Source: a virus (taxonomy: Duplodnaviria > Caudoviricetes). From it: a stretch of DNA of 59,977 nt. The position numbers and the translations under genes were made by a program. Location of the stretch: IMG/VR virus record IMGVR_UViG_3300027848_000024, positions 1 through 59,977 of that record; one strand, 5' to 3'. Positions 1-8,918 of the stretch are shown here, one piece after another (within the stretch, counting starts at the first letter, position 1; every line of letters starts with the position of its first letter). The notes beneath the pieces were generated by a model that was given only the letters and a program-made list of their open reading frames with translations, did not search any database and was not told where the DNA came from.

Positions 1-447
1 AAGACATGGCTGACCAACAGCAACACGATAGTTACTTCCCCGGTTTGGAACAAGTCCGAGGCGGAGAAGAAACTGCTACAACTGGCCGAACAGTTCCTTG
101 GGAAAGGTAAGGTAACCGAAACACCCATCGAAAACGCCATGGCTGTTGAGAAGCCAGATGACGAACTCCTGTTCGTTGAACTGTTTGGTGAGGAAGAAGA
201 CGAACATACGTGGTATGTGTTCTTGCACATACTTCTTCCCACTCCCGGAGCAAACTTCAAGTACCGGGTTACAGTGGAAGCGGAGACGTTTGATGTTTAC
301 ATGTGGGGTGAGCCTGTGGCCGACTTTGAGGATGCCAGAGGATGTTTGCTTGCATGGGCAACTGAAAACCTGCAAAACACGCAAAAGTTCCACAGACATG
401 CGGCTCGCTACGTCTATCGCTTGCTAGAGCCTACCGTTACCGAATGA
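1..447 (+). CDS. hypothetical protein, 5'-partial
   Basis: Frame of ORF 139..447 is open back to base 1 (KTWLTNSN...); followed by a terminator-like hairpin. Confidence 0.7.
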   Translation, partial: KTWLTNSNTIVTSPVWNKSEAEKKLLQLAEQFLGKGKVTETPIENAMAVEKPDDELLFVELFGEEEDEHTWYVFLHILLPTPGANFKYRVTVEAETFDVYMWGEPVADFEDARGCLLAWATENLQNTQKFHRHAARYVYRLLEPTVTE

Positions 448-453
448 GAATTT

Positions 454-480
454 GGGTGGGGTGTAACAGCCCCGCCCTTT
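454..480 (+). terminator. GC-rich hairpin with short U tract
   Basis: GGGTGGGGT...GCCCCGCCC-TTT. Confidence 0.6.
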
Positions 481-518
481 AGACACTTTATCTTGTGTCA
501 CTGCAACTATTGGAGGAG
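480..518 (+). promoter_or_regulatory. early leader element copy 1 (TA-stem-loop-ACTGC-RBS)
   Basis: TA GACAC tttatctt GTGTC ACTGC aactatt GGAGGAG. Confidence 0.7.
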
Positions 519-526
519 ATACTACA

Positions 527-817
527 ATGGAAAACTTGTTACATTCCAACAATGACAACATCATGTGCAGCATTGAGCGGGCCTACACCGCATGGAAGAG
601 CAGCCAGTATGGCTACCTTCCGTTCAACAAGCACTGCGCTTTCTGTTGGACGCAGACTACCAACACCGCAATCATTGTGTTTCACTGCGACCCGGAGCGC
701 AATGACGGTGACGGCTACCTTGCCATTCAGGTGCGCATGATTGCCCCGAACAATGTGTGGAGCGTCATTTCGGAAACCACGCACAAGTCCGCTAACTTGG
801 GTCTTGTGCTTAAGTAG
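527..817 (+). CDS. hypothetical protein
   Basis: GGAGGAG RBS, 96 aa. Confidence 0.75.
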   Translation: MENLLHSNNDNIMCSIERAYTAWKSSQYGYLPFNKHCAFCWTQTTNTAIIVFHCDPERNDGDGYLAIQVRMIAPNNVWSVISETTHKSANLGLVLK

Positions 818-835
818 AACAAGAAAGGGCACACA

Positions 836-1153
836 ATGTCCGCTTTCATCGAACGTACCACGGTTTCCCACTTCGTAGTTGTCCATTACAGCGCCCGAAC
901 GGGCGAAACTGTTTTCTGGCCCTGCCCTTGCCTTAACGCAGAGCCGGACAACGTCGGGCAGATGCTGGGAAATGCCTTTCGTATGCGTGTTAACCCGGAG
1001 AAACACCACTTTACTCCGGGCGTTCGCTACAAGGCAGATGTTACCACAAAAGACGAACAAATCGTCCGCGTGGAACTTGGCACCATAAAGGCATTATCCA
1101 TGGTGGCTGATAAAGAAATTGCGTTCGCCCTGCAAAGCGGGGTTGGCGCATGA
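836..1153 (+). CDS. hypothetical protein
   Basis: 105 aa ORF followed by hairpin. Confidence 0.7.
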   Translation: MSAFIERTTVSHFVVVHYSARTGETVFWPCPCLNAEPDNVGQMLGNAFRMRVNPEKHHFTPGVRYKADVTTKDEQIVRVELGTIKALSMVADKEIAFALQSGVGA

Positions 1154-1156
1154 TTT

Positions 1157-1218
1157 GGGAGGGGTACAATGGTGCCCCTCCCTTTATTACCTTTCTTTGG
1201 TACACTGCTACGGAGGGG
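1157..1218 (+). promoter_or_regulatory. terminator-like hairpin plus leader element copy 2 (imperfect)
   Basis: GGGAGGGG..CCCCTCCC, then TA TTACC tttcttt GGTAC ACTGC tac GGAGGGG. Confidence 0.55.
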
Positions 1219-1330
1219 ACAACAACCATACAAGCCGACGAGTGGCCCCTTGGTTGACTATGGTGGCGCTGGTCACTGTATGGTTAACTGAGGCTAGCCT
1301 GTCGGCTTTAAATGGTCCTTACGCTAGGGG

Positions 1331-1780
1331 TTGGTTATGGCTATACTTGATGCTGAGACTACCGACGTGGACTTTTACGTCACCTTTGCCGGTAAATTGT
1401 TCTTGTACAGCTTGGACGTAGAAATTGCTACGCAAGAACTTACACAGCATTGGTCCAGCACTACTTACCTTAAAAAGTTTCTTAGCACTTACGGGGTGTT
1501 CACAAATAAGAATGTAACTACCGTACACATATTGGAAAACAAGGTAATTCCCTGTGTTTGTTTGGGCAGCGTTACCGTATCGCCTAAGACCATGGATAAG
1601 GACGCGGTGTTGTCCTTTAACCTGTACCTTGGTAAGAAAGAGTTCTTTAATGATAGGTTTTACATTCTTACCATGGACGCCGGGGATGAACTGCCTACCT
1701 ACTGGAACGTACTCTCCCCCGGTGGTTATGAGCACTTTCGTACTTGGTTGTTTTCTATGCTAGAACAGAACATTACTTAG
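1331..1780 (+). CDS. hypothetical protein (5' end possibly frameshifted)
   Basis: 149 aa ORF; the strong RBS lies ~110 nt upstream with no in-frame ATG. Confidence 0.6.
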   Translation: MVMAILDAETTDVDFYVTFAGKLFLYSLDVEIATQELTQHWSSTTYLKKFLSTYGVFTNKNVTTVHILENKVIPCVCLGSVTVSPKTMDKDAVLSFNLYLGKKEFFNDRFYILTMDAGDELPTYWNVLSPGGYEHFRTWLFSMLEQNIT

Positions 1781-1811
1781 TCACTTTGTGACACTGCACT
1801 AACTGGAGGAG
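1778..1811 (+). promoter_or_regulatory. leader element copy 3
   Basis: TA GTCAC ttt GTGAC ACTGC actaact GGAGGAG; 29 bp identical to the copy at ~4817. Confidence 0.75.
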
Positions 1812-1816
1812 TACCA

Positions 1817-2224
1817 ATGCCAACGAAAAAGAAAGCCGTGGATTTGGCTAATCTTTCGGATGGGGACCTCGTTGATGGCTTCCATGCAATGAAAGCGCGG
1901 GTTAAAGCGTTGACGTCGCAGGCGGAAGCCATGAAAGTCGAGATCACTAGGCGAATGAAGAAACCACCGACGGCGACAAGAGCACGGATGCTGAAGGGTA
2001 GCGCAATTAGTGCTACTTGGATGCAGGAACCGTGGAGATGGGTCGACCAGAAAAACCTGCGGGCCGATGCCGAGAAGAAAATTACCTTAAGGAAGTACCT
2101 TTTGGAAGGCACCCGTAACGTTATGATAACGGCCCCTTCTGGTGAGAACGCAAAAGACGTTCGCCAGAAACAATCAGAAATGCACAGCCCCAAGAAAGCG
2201 GCAAAGAAAAGACCGCGGTTGTAG
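1817..2224 (+). CDS. basic hypothetical protein ending KKRPRL
   Basis: RBS, 135 aa. Confidence 0.8.
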   Translation: MPTKKKAVDLANLSDGDLVDGFHAMKARVKALTSQAEAMKVEITRRMKKPPTATRARMLKGSAISATWMQEPWRWVDQKNLRADAEKKITLRKYLLEGTRNVMITAPSGENAKDVRQKQSEMHSPKKAAKKRPRL

Positions 2225-2228
2225 TACT

Positions 2229-2423
2229 ATGAAAACAATGTTTAAGTACGGATCGCGGTTCGTTGGGGGAATGGTTTTCTTTTGGTTCTTCGCCTTTGTG
2301 ATGCTGCCTGTCTTTGGCTCTTGTGCCTTTGACATGGAGCCGCCGCAAAGTTCGTTCCCAAACGAGGATCCTACCCCAAGAGCCGGTTCCGACGGACTTA
2401 TTGGTGGTTCTTACGCACCATGA
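2229..2423 (+). CDS. small membrane protein
   Basis: hydrophobic stretch MVFFWFFAFVMLPVFG. Confidence 0.6.
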   Translation: MKTMFKYGSRFVGGMVFFWFFAFVMLPVFGSCAFDMEPPQSSFPNEDPTPRAGSDGLIGGSYAP

Positions 2424-2426
2424 AGA

Positions 2427-2513
2427 TAGCAGGGGGCTCCGGCCCCCTGCTACTCTCTTTTGTTGGCTGGTATTATTTAGTCCATATTGGACAAAAACTG
2501 CAAACTGGAGGAG
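2427..2513 (+). promoter_or_regulatory. terminator-like hairpin plus leader element copy 4
   Basis: TAGCAGGGGG..CCCCCTGCTA, then TA GTCCA tat TGGAC aaaa ACTGC aaact GGAGGAG. Confidence 0.7.
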
Positions 2514-2522
2514 TACTTAAAA

Positions 2523-3548
2523 ATGCATCCGAAAAGCACTGTTATTGCGCTGACGGCACTCATTGCAAACCGGGAGCCTGCCTTGCTGGTTGGCCCCCCG
2601 GGAGTGGGAAAGACTTCGTTGATCAAAATGGCGGCAGATGCTGCAGACTACGACCTGATCATCACCCACCCCGTTGTGTCGCAGCCGATCGACTTCCGCG
2701 GTATGCCGTCCACGATTAAGGACGGCGACGAATACCGCGCAGAGTTCCTGCCCATTGGGGCCTTGAGGGACATGTTGGCCGCTACTGAGCCGACCGTGTT
2801 CTTCCTGGATGATCTCGGGCAGGCGGCTCCGTCCACGCAGGCTGCATGTATGCAGCTTCTGTTGGAGCGGCGCTTGGACGAGTATGTGGTCCCTGACTGC
2901 GTTACGTTCATGGCCGCTACCAATGGCCGCAAGGACAAGGCGGGCGTTGGCGGGCTGCTTGAGCCTGTTAAGTCCCGTTTCACCACCATCTTCACGCTTG
3001 AGGTTAGCGTGCAGGAGTGGTGCGATTGGGCGATCGACGCGGGCTACGACGACATGGCGGCGTTCATCAAGTTTCGCCCCGCCCTGTTGTTTGACTTCCA
3101 GCCCACGGCCGATGTGGAAGTCAACTCCCCGGTGCCCCGCACCGTGGAAGCTGCGGCGCGTATCGCGCGGATGGATCTTCCTACCCACATCCGCAATGAG
3201 ATGATTCGTGGCGCGGCTGGTGACGGCTTTGCCGTGGAGTTCTGCCACTTCTTGGATATGGTGGCTAAGCTGCCTGATCCCAGGAAGGTGCTGGCAGACC
3301 CCATGAAGGTGCAGCTGGACGCCGACAATGTGTCCTACACCTATGCTCTGGTTACGGCGGTTTCTCGCGTCGTGGACAAGAACACGATCAGCAATTTCGT
3401 TAAGCTGATCGACCGGGACGAGATTGGCGTGGACTTTGGTACCATGGCCATGCGGATGATTGGCAGGCGGAACAACAAGCTCGTCGCCACTCGTGCGTTC
3501 TTGGATTGGGTGAATGAAAACAACGTGCGCCTGGATTGGGCGTCGTAA
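2523..3548 (+). CDS. MoxR-like AAA+ ATPase
   Basis: Walker A GPPGVGKT, Walker B FFLDD, AATN, SRF; RBS places start at 2523. Confidence 0.9.
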   Translation: MHPKSTVIALTALIANREPALLVGPPGVGKTSLIKMAADAADYDLIITHPVVSQPIDFRGMPSTIKDGDEYRAEFLPIGALRDMLAATEPTVFFLDDLGQAAPSTQAACMQLLLERRLDEYVVPDCVTFMAATNGRKDKAGVGGLLEPVKSRFTTIFTLEVSVQEWCDWAIDAGYDDMAAFIKFRPALLFDFQPTADVEVNSPVPRTVEAAARIARMDLPTHIRNEMIRGAAGDGFAVEFCHFLDMVAKLPDPRKVLADPMKVQLDADNVSYTYALVTAVSRVVDKNTISNFVKLIDRDEIGVDFGTMAMRMIGRRNNKLVATRAFLDWVNENNVRLDWAS

Positions 3549-3557
3549 CTGCCATTG

Positions 3558-3625
3558 GCGGGGGGCCTTCGGGCCTCCCGCTACTTAGGTCATAATAATG
3601 TGACCACTGCGAACTATTGGAGGAG
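3558..3625 (+). promoter_or_regulatory. terminator-like UUCG hairpin plus leader element copy 5
   Basis: GCGGGGGGCC-TTCG-GGCCTCCCGC, then TA GGTCA taataatg TGACC ACTGC gaactatt GGAGGAG. Confidence 0.7.
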
Positions 3626-3631
3626 TACGTT

Positions 3632-4771
3632 ATGAATACCACTTCCCTCATTGAGGAAAATGCCGTCGTTGTGAAGCTTTTCATCGGCGGCTGGAAGGGC
3701 GAGAAGAATGACAAGGCGACGGCGTCCAAGGTTACCACGGACAGCCATGCCAAGCGTTCGGCTGGCCGGTTCATCAAGCGGCTGGTTGCTAACGAGCACC
3801 ATGCCACTTTCTACAAGATGGTGAGCCAGATTCGCACCTTCCACCTCGACGCCACGTTGCCGTGGCTCGACACGGGCTTGCGTCTTCTGCCCGTGGAGGC
3901 CATGGATAACTACAACAAGGAAATGGCCAGTATGCGCGTCAAAGCGATGAAGGCCGCAAAGCTGTTCGTGGCGGACTACACGGGCGTTCGTGAGAAGGCC
4001 CGGGAAGAGTTGGGACTTCTGTTCCGCGAGGAAGACTACCCCTCGTCGGAGCGGCTGGGTTCCCGTTTTGCGGTTGACGTGCGCTTTCTTCCCGTCCCCA
4101 ACCCTGCTACCGACTTCCGGTGCAAGGTGTCGGCGGAATCGCGCGATGCGTTGATCGCACAGGGAGAAGAAGCCATGCGCACGGTGGTGAAGAGTGTTGC
4201 CACCGACCTGTGGGAACGTGTCGTGGAAAACGCCGAGCTCCTCTTGGAGCGCGTCGAGGACCCCGACCGTTCTTTGCAGGAACGCCTTGTTGGTCGTGTG
4301 AAGGCCACCTTGGCGTCGATGGAGACCCTGAACGTTCTCAACGACACGGAACTCAACGACATGCTGAAGCAGTTCAAGGACGTGCTGAAGCCTGACATTG
4401 AGTCCATCCGCGGCGATACTGTGGTGCGCGGCGCTACCTTGAAGGGCTTGAAAGAGCTTTCCAAGACGGCGCGTTCCAAGGCCGGTATGCCTTCCCGTGA
4501 GAACGAGAAGAAGAAGGCCAACGTCGCCAAGGCCGACAAGAAGGCGGCGGCTGTGGAAAAGGTGGCGGCGCAGAAGGGTGCTGCTCCCAAGAAGAAGCCT
4601 GTGGTCAAGCTGGTCAAGCAGCCCCGTAAGAAGGGCAACCAGTCGCCTGTGTCGACCACGGGCGGTTCGGGTAGCAGTGTGGCGGACGAAACCGCCCCTG
4701 TCGACAGCTATGTGCCCGCCTCGGACGTTTCCGAGGCGGACATTGACCGTGGTGAGCAGGCTGCGTCGTAA
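3632..4771 (+). CDS. DUF3150-like protein with Lys-rich tail
   Basis: TLPW..G.RLLP, LF..EDYPS, F.PVP motifs; typical neighbour of AAA/vWA. Confidence 0.7.
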   Translation: MNTTSLIEENAVVVKLFIGGWKGEKNDKATASKVTTDSHAKRSAGRFIKRLVANEHHATFYKMVSQIRTFHLDATLPWLDTGLRLLPVEAMDNYNKEMASMRVKAMKAAKLFVADYTGVREKAREELGLLFREEDYPSSERLGSRFAVDVRFLPVPNPATDFRCKVSAESRDALIAQGEEAMRTVVKSVATDLWERVVENAELLLERVEDPDRSLQERLVGRVKATLASMETLNVLNDTELNDMLKQFKDVLKPDIESIRGDTVVRGATLKGLKELSKTARSKAGMPSRENEKKKANVAKADKKAAAVEKVAAQKGAAPKKKPVVKLVKQPRKKGNQSPVSTTGGSGSSVADETAPVDSYVPASDVSEADIDRGEQAAS

Positions 4772-4788
4772 GTAGCTGGGTTTCCAGC

Positions 4789-4853
4789 GGGGTAGGGGCG
4801 AAAGCCCCTACCCTTTCTTAGTCACTTTGTGACACTGCACTAACTTGGAGGAG
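4789..4853 (+). promoter_or_regulatory. terminator-like GAAA hairpin plus leader element copy 6
   Basis: GGGTAGGGGC-GAAA-GCCCCTACCC, then TA GTCAC ttt GTGAC ACTGC...GGAGGAG. Confidence 0.75.
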
Positions 4854-4862
4854 ATTAAACAA

Positions 4863-6209
4863 ATGCACGAAGTAAATAAAGCCCGAGAGCAGGCCACGCT
4901 CGATGACCTGCGAAAGTGCCGTAGCTTCATGCTGCTTGCCCATCCTTTCTTTGGGCAGTTGGCCATGAATCTGCGGCTGAAGGTTGCCGAGGGAATTCAC
5001 CAGTGGATTATCCCCACGGCGGCTACGGACGGGGTGTACATCGTTGTTAACCCCGACTTTTGGGACAGCCTTTCCAAGCAGGAAAAGGTTTTCCTCGTGG
5101 CGCACCAGACCTTCCACTGTGCACTCGACCACATTGCCCGAACTGGAGAACGCGAGCCGGACAAGTGGAACGTCGCTTGTGACTACGTTATCAACCTTAT
5201 CTTGTCGAAACAGCGTTCGATGACCATGCCCCAAGGTGGCTTGCTGGATAGCAAGTACGAGGGCATGAACGCGGACACTGTCTACAAGATGTTGCCTGAC
5301 CCCCCGCCACCTGAACAGGGTAGCGGTGCAGAAGGGGACGACGAAGGTTCCGCCGACGAGGACGGACAAGGCCAAGGTGGACCCGGACAGCCCGGGAAAG
5401 GCAAGGGCAAGCCGTCCAACAAAGGTGGCTATGGAAAAGCCCTCGGGGACAACAAGGACATCCTTCCTGCGGGGTCGGTTGGCAAGCCAAGTGATACCAC
5501 CAACAACCACAGGGACGACGACGCGGGCCTTACTCCACAACAGTTGGGGGAAGTACTGCGGGACAAGTGGAAGGGCGCTCTTGCGGGCGCTTACCACGCG
5601 GCAAAGTCGGCTGGCGATGTACCTGCGGGCGTGGAAGAACTCATTAACGACTTCCTCCACCCGCGCATCGACTGGAAGGATATCCTTCGCCGGTTCTTTA
5701 CCGAGCAGGCAATGGATGACTACAATTGGATGTCCCCCGACAGGTACATGTTGAACCACGGCTTCTACTTGCCCACCCTCGACTCCGAGGGCAAGATGGG
5801 TGAAATGGCTGTGTTCGTTGATACCAGTGGCAGCATTGGGCCGGAAGAGCTCAAGGTGTTTGGTGGTATCATCAGCAACATCCTGGAAGAGGTGCGGCCT
5901 AGCACCTGCCATGTCTTCTACGGAGACACACAGTTGCAGAGGCACGATACCTTTGATGCGGACGAGTTGCCCATCACGCTCCACAAGGTTGGTGGCGGTG
6001 GAACGGCGTTCTCCAGTATTTTTCACAGCGTCGCGGAAATGCGGTTGGACATCCACTGTGCCATCTTCCTTACCGACCTGTATGTCCACGACTTCGGGCC
6101 GGAACCCAAGTACCCCGTCCTTTGGGCCAGCACTACGGACCAGGACAAGGTGCCTTGGGGGCAGGTGATGAAGGTTGACATGGATGACTTGCGGTCGCAA
6201 GGTTTTTAG
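4863..6209 (+). CDS. DUF2201-type metallopeptidase-like plus vWA domain protein
   Basis: PFFG, TAATDG, H(Q)TFH..LDH, WNVACDYVIN; MIDAS DTSGS, GGGGT, TD. Confidence 0.9.
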   Translation: MHEVNKAREQATLDDLRKCRSFMLLAHPFFGQLAMNLRLKVAEGIHQWIIPTAATDGVYIVVNPDFWDSLSKQEKVFLVAHQTFHCALDHIARTGEREPDKWNVACDYVINLILSKQRSMTMPQGGLLDSKYEGMNADTVYKMLPDPPPPEQGSGAEGDDEGSADEDGQGQGGPGQPGKGKGKPSNKGGYGKALGDNKDILPAGSVGKPSDTTNNHRDDDAGLTPQQLGEVLRDKWKGALAGAYHAAKSAGDVPAGVEELINDFLHPRIDWKDILRRFFTEQAMDDYNWMSPDRYMLNHGFYLPTLDSEGKMGEMAVFVDTSGSIGPEELKVFGGIISNILEEVRPSTCHVFYGDTQLQRHDTFDADELPITLHKVGGGGTAFSSIFHSVAEMRLDIHCAIFLTDLYVHDFGPEPKYPVLWASTTDQDKVPWGQVMKVDMDDLRSQGF

Positions 6210-6283
6210 GCGACCCGCGCTTAGGGGGAGGGGTTAGCGCCCCTCCCTTCTTTTAGTAATAAAAACTACTATTGGAGGAGATA

Positions 6284-6592
6284 ATGCCTAGTAAGCAGCC
6301 CGCGTCCTACACCACCATGTTTGCGCGACACAACCAAAAGCCATCCTACGAGTACACTTGGAGTGTATCCAAAGACTCTCTTAATCAAGGGAAGCTGTCC
6401 ATTACCGAGCAGTACCTTAGTAGAAGTCTTTTCTATGGCAAAGCAGCACCAGCGTCTCTATCCATCCCCTTGGATAAAGAAAGCTGTGCATCTTTGATGC
6501 AGGACCTTCAAAACCTGTATGGCATGCTCCCCGATACGCATATGACCACACCTTCCAATAAACCCCCGTTGCCCTCCGCAAGGAACGAGTAA
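6284..6592 (+). CDS. hypothetical protein
   Basis: GGAGGAG RBS after terminator hairpin. Confidence 0.7.
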   Translation: MPSKQPASYTTMFARHNQKPSYEYTWSVSKDSLNQGKLSITEQYLSRSLFYGKAAPASLSIPLDKESCASLMQDLQNLYGMLPDTHMTTPSNKPPLPSARNE

Positions 6593-6596
6593 CAGC

Positions 6597-7445
6597 ATGT
6601 TTGAGCAACTTACGCGCGGGGTCTCTTACCAACCAAGTGTGAGCGCTGTCTACAAAGGCTTTCTATACAGAGGAATGATGTTTAACCTAGTTCCGCATCT
6701 TTCCGACGTTGAAAAATACACCTCGCCTACTGAGTCGCCAAAAAAATATCAGCTAAACGCGTTCCACCTACTATTGCAGCGCGACGGAGAAGTCCTAACA
6801 GAAAAGAAGTTTCTAAAAAAATTCTTAATGAGAAAAGAAGAGAAAACTTTCCAAGTAAGAAAAAGAGCTTTGCCTGTATCAAGTCCCTCTACAATCGGGG
6901 CCACTGCCTCTCCGCCTGTTTTGGTAAGACTTCTTGCTTTTGCCTGTCAAGTGCGCGTTACTGTGGAACACGATGAAACTTTCCGAGGGTTTGTTACCAA
7001 GCCCATTCAAAAAGAATTGATTGTGCAACACGGAGAATACCCGCGTATTCCTTTACTACATCACGCCGGTAGGAAGGCAGGTAAGGAAACAGACTTAACC
7101 CCGCAGGAAATTGATAATTTGTTTTTCTTTGAAACGGGGCAACCGTTGTTCGGTACGTTTTCCCAAAGAAAACAATCGAATAGGTTCCTTGAAACGCAAG
7201 AAGAGGACTGCTGCACAATAGAAGGGCACGCATACCACCTGTGCTCTTTTAGTGGTATTTCATACCTACACGGGAAACGTACGCCAAGCGAGTCGGTAGA
7301 ACCGCAAGGGAACACCCTCTCCGAGAAACTATTGGAAGTGAGCAAGTGGCTTTCGACGTCCTCGTTGTTTGGTTTGAACTATTCCCATGACTTGTTGGAA
7401 AATCTTAATCAAGCTGCGAAAGAAGCATTAAGCCATTCGATATAG
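6597..7445 (+). CDS. hypothetical protein
   Basis: 282 aa, AT-richer ORF. Confidence 0.7.
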   Translation: MFEQLTRGVSYQPSVSAVYKGFLYRGMMFNLVPHLSDVEKYTSPTESPKKYQLNAFHLLLQRDGEVLTEKKFLKKFLMRKEEKTFQVRKRALPVSSPSTIGATASPPVLVRLLAFACQVRVTVEHDETFRGFVTKPIQKELIVQHGEYPRIPLLHHAGRKAGKETDLTPQEIDNLFFFETGQPLFGTFSQRKQSNRFLETQEEDCCTIEGHAYHLCSFSGISYLHGKRTPSESVEPQGNTLSEKLLEVSKWLSTSSLFGLNYSHDLLENLNQAAKEALSHSI

Positions 7446-7517
7446 CTACCGGGGAATCCCTTTGTATATATAGAATCTGAAAAGGTCTGATCGATAAAAA
7501 AACTAGAGGAGAAACTA

Positions 7518-8006
7518 ATGGAAGAAACCCGTTACATAACAAAAGAAGAAGCTGTTTTTGCAGGGAACCAACACTTTGGTGAAGAAAGAAAACACCATAC
7601 CTGCGAAGGTTCCTTTTTTTTGGTGTGCTACCATGTACTGGACAAGAACTTCTCTTGGCAGAAGTTCGGGCACATTGCCAATCCGGTACGGCCTGTTGAG
7701 GCAGGGGCGAAACGGCCACGACTACAAGCCGAAAAGGTCCTGCCTGCCAAAGCGACCGTGGTTGCCAAACCAAAGCGACCCAGCCTCGATGACAAACCAA
7801 AAGGTGATGGCCCCAAGGTTGGGTCCAAAATGAGACTGGTCTTTGACCTATGTCGCGCGGCCGAGGGGGCTACCAAGGACGACCTTGACCAAGCTACGGG
7901 CAACCGGGTTGGCTGGCGGACTCGTGTTATGGATCTTGGAGTCAAGTACGGCTTTGAGTTCTCGGAAGCTGGTACCAAAAAGAATCCGCGGTACTGGCTA
8001 AAGTGA
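7518..8006 (+). CDS. DUF3489-like winged-helix protein
   Basis: C-term GSKMRLVFDLCRAAEGATKDDLDQATG; GAGGAG RBS. Confidence 0.6.
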   Translation: MEETRYITKEEAVFAGNQHFGEERKHHTCEGSFFLVCYHVLDKNFSWQKFGHIANPVRPVEAGAKRPRLQAEKVLPAKATVVAKPKRPSLDDKPKGDGPKVGSKMRLVFDLCRAAEGATKDDLDQATGNRVGWRTRVMDLGVKYGFEFSEAGTKKNPRYWLK

Positions 8007-8139
8007 GCTGATGGATGTCCAGCATGGATGTCCGGGGGTACATTTTACGGGGGGGCCACAACGAACGTGGCCCCCCCGTCTCCCCTTGCTAACATTGTTT
8101 AGGTGCATTAACGCATCACGTAACTCACTGGAGGGGTAT

Positions 8140-8430
8140 ATGGAGAAAAGAGAAGTACATGAGGTAACCACGTACTACGATTGCCTTGGGAACGAATTCA
8201 AAGCCCAAACTATCGCAGACGTGGCCACCAACCACTTCCACGGCTTGGCGTTACAAACCAAGCTGGATGTACTGCAAGCGCAACGTGGCCACCTGTGGGA
8301 CTTGCCTGACGGTACCAACGCGCAAGCGGCTACACGAGAGCACCGCTTGTCTATCTTGCTTGGCACCGTTAACGAGGTTACTGGTTCCCCAAACAGGGAA
8401 ACTGTGCAGGCCTTTATGGTCCGCCACTAG
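8140..8430 (+). CDS. hypothetical protein
   Basis: GGAGGGG RBS preceded by a leader-element variant at 8100. Confidence 0.65.
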   Translation: MEKREVHEVTTYYDCLGNEFKAQTIADVATNHFHGLALQTKLDVLQAQRGHLWDLPDGTNAQAATREHRLSILLGTVNEVTGSPNRETVQAFMVRH

Positions 8431-8439
8431 GAGAACTGT

Positions 8440-8478
8440 ACCCGAGGGGTCTTAACCGGCCCCTCGGGTTTTTCTTTT
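8440..8478 (+). terminator. intrinsic terminator
   Basis: ACCCGAGGGG..CCCCTCGGGT-TTTT. Confidence 0.75.
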
Positions 8479-8500
8479 AAACTGCACAGGAGATAATCAA

Positions 8501-8704
8501 ATGAACGAAGACAAAAAGATTGATAACTACGGGGACGTTATGCAGGGATCCGTAAAGTTTGCCCCTGAGGGCAGATCTTTTAACATGGTGTGCAAGTCCG
8601 CGGAAGGTGGGAAGTGCTTGGTGCCCTCCTTTACTGGGACGCGATGTGCCGCCTGCCCCGAGCGTGTGAACTCAACCGAATGGAAGAAGACGAGTGATGT
8701 CTGA
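8501..8704 (+). CDS. small Cys-rich protein
   Basis: AGGAG RBS, CxxC. Confidence 0.55.
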   Translation: MNEDKKIDNYGDVMQGSVKFAPEGRSFNMVCKSAEGGKCLVPSFTGTRCAACPERVNSTEWKKTSDV

Positions 8705-8891
8705 GGCTCATTCAATAATTCGCACCAGCCCCAAAGGCAAAGGGCAGAAGTTTGTCGGGGTCTGCATCAGATGTGGGCAAAAAGGACTGACAATAGCTGA
8801 CGTGAACGAGGAGTGCTCGAACGTGCGCGGGGTCTCCGCTGACGCCGCCCTCGTGGAGATTCTCGCAGGCCCGCGGGCGCGGGCTAGGTGA
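8694..8891 (+). CDS. small Zn-binding hypothetical protein
   Basis: H..RTSPKG..FVGVCIRCG. Confidence 0.6.
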   Translation: MMSEAHSIIRTSPKGKGQKFVGVCIRCGQKGLTIADVNEECSNVRGVSADAALVEILAGPRARAR

Positions 8892-8918
8892 ACGGCTGCA
8901 CAACCAGAGGAGACGACC

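Noticed and set aside
4818-6200. 460-aa antisense ORF (also 2517..3248 and 8712..9527)
   Set aside because: Antisense shadows of GC-biased genuine genes
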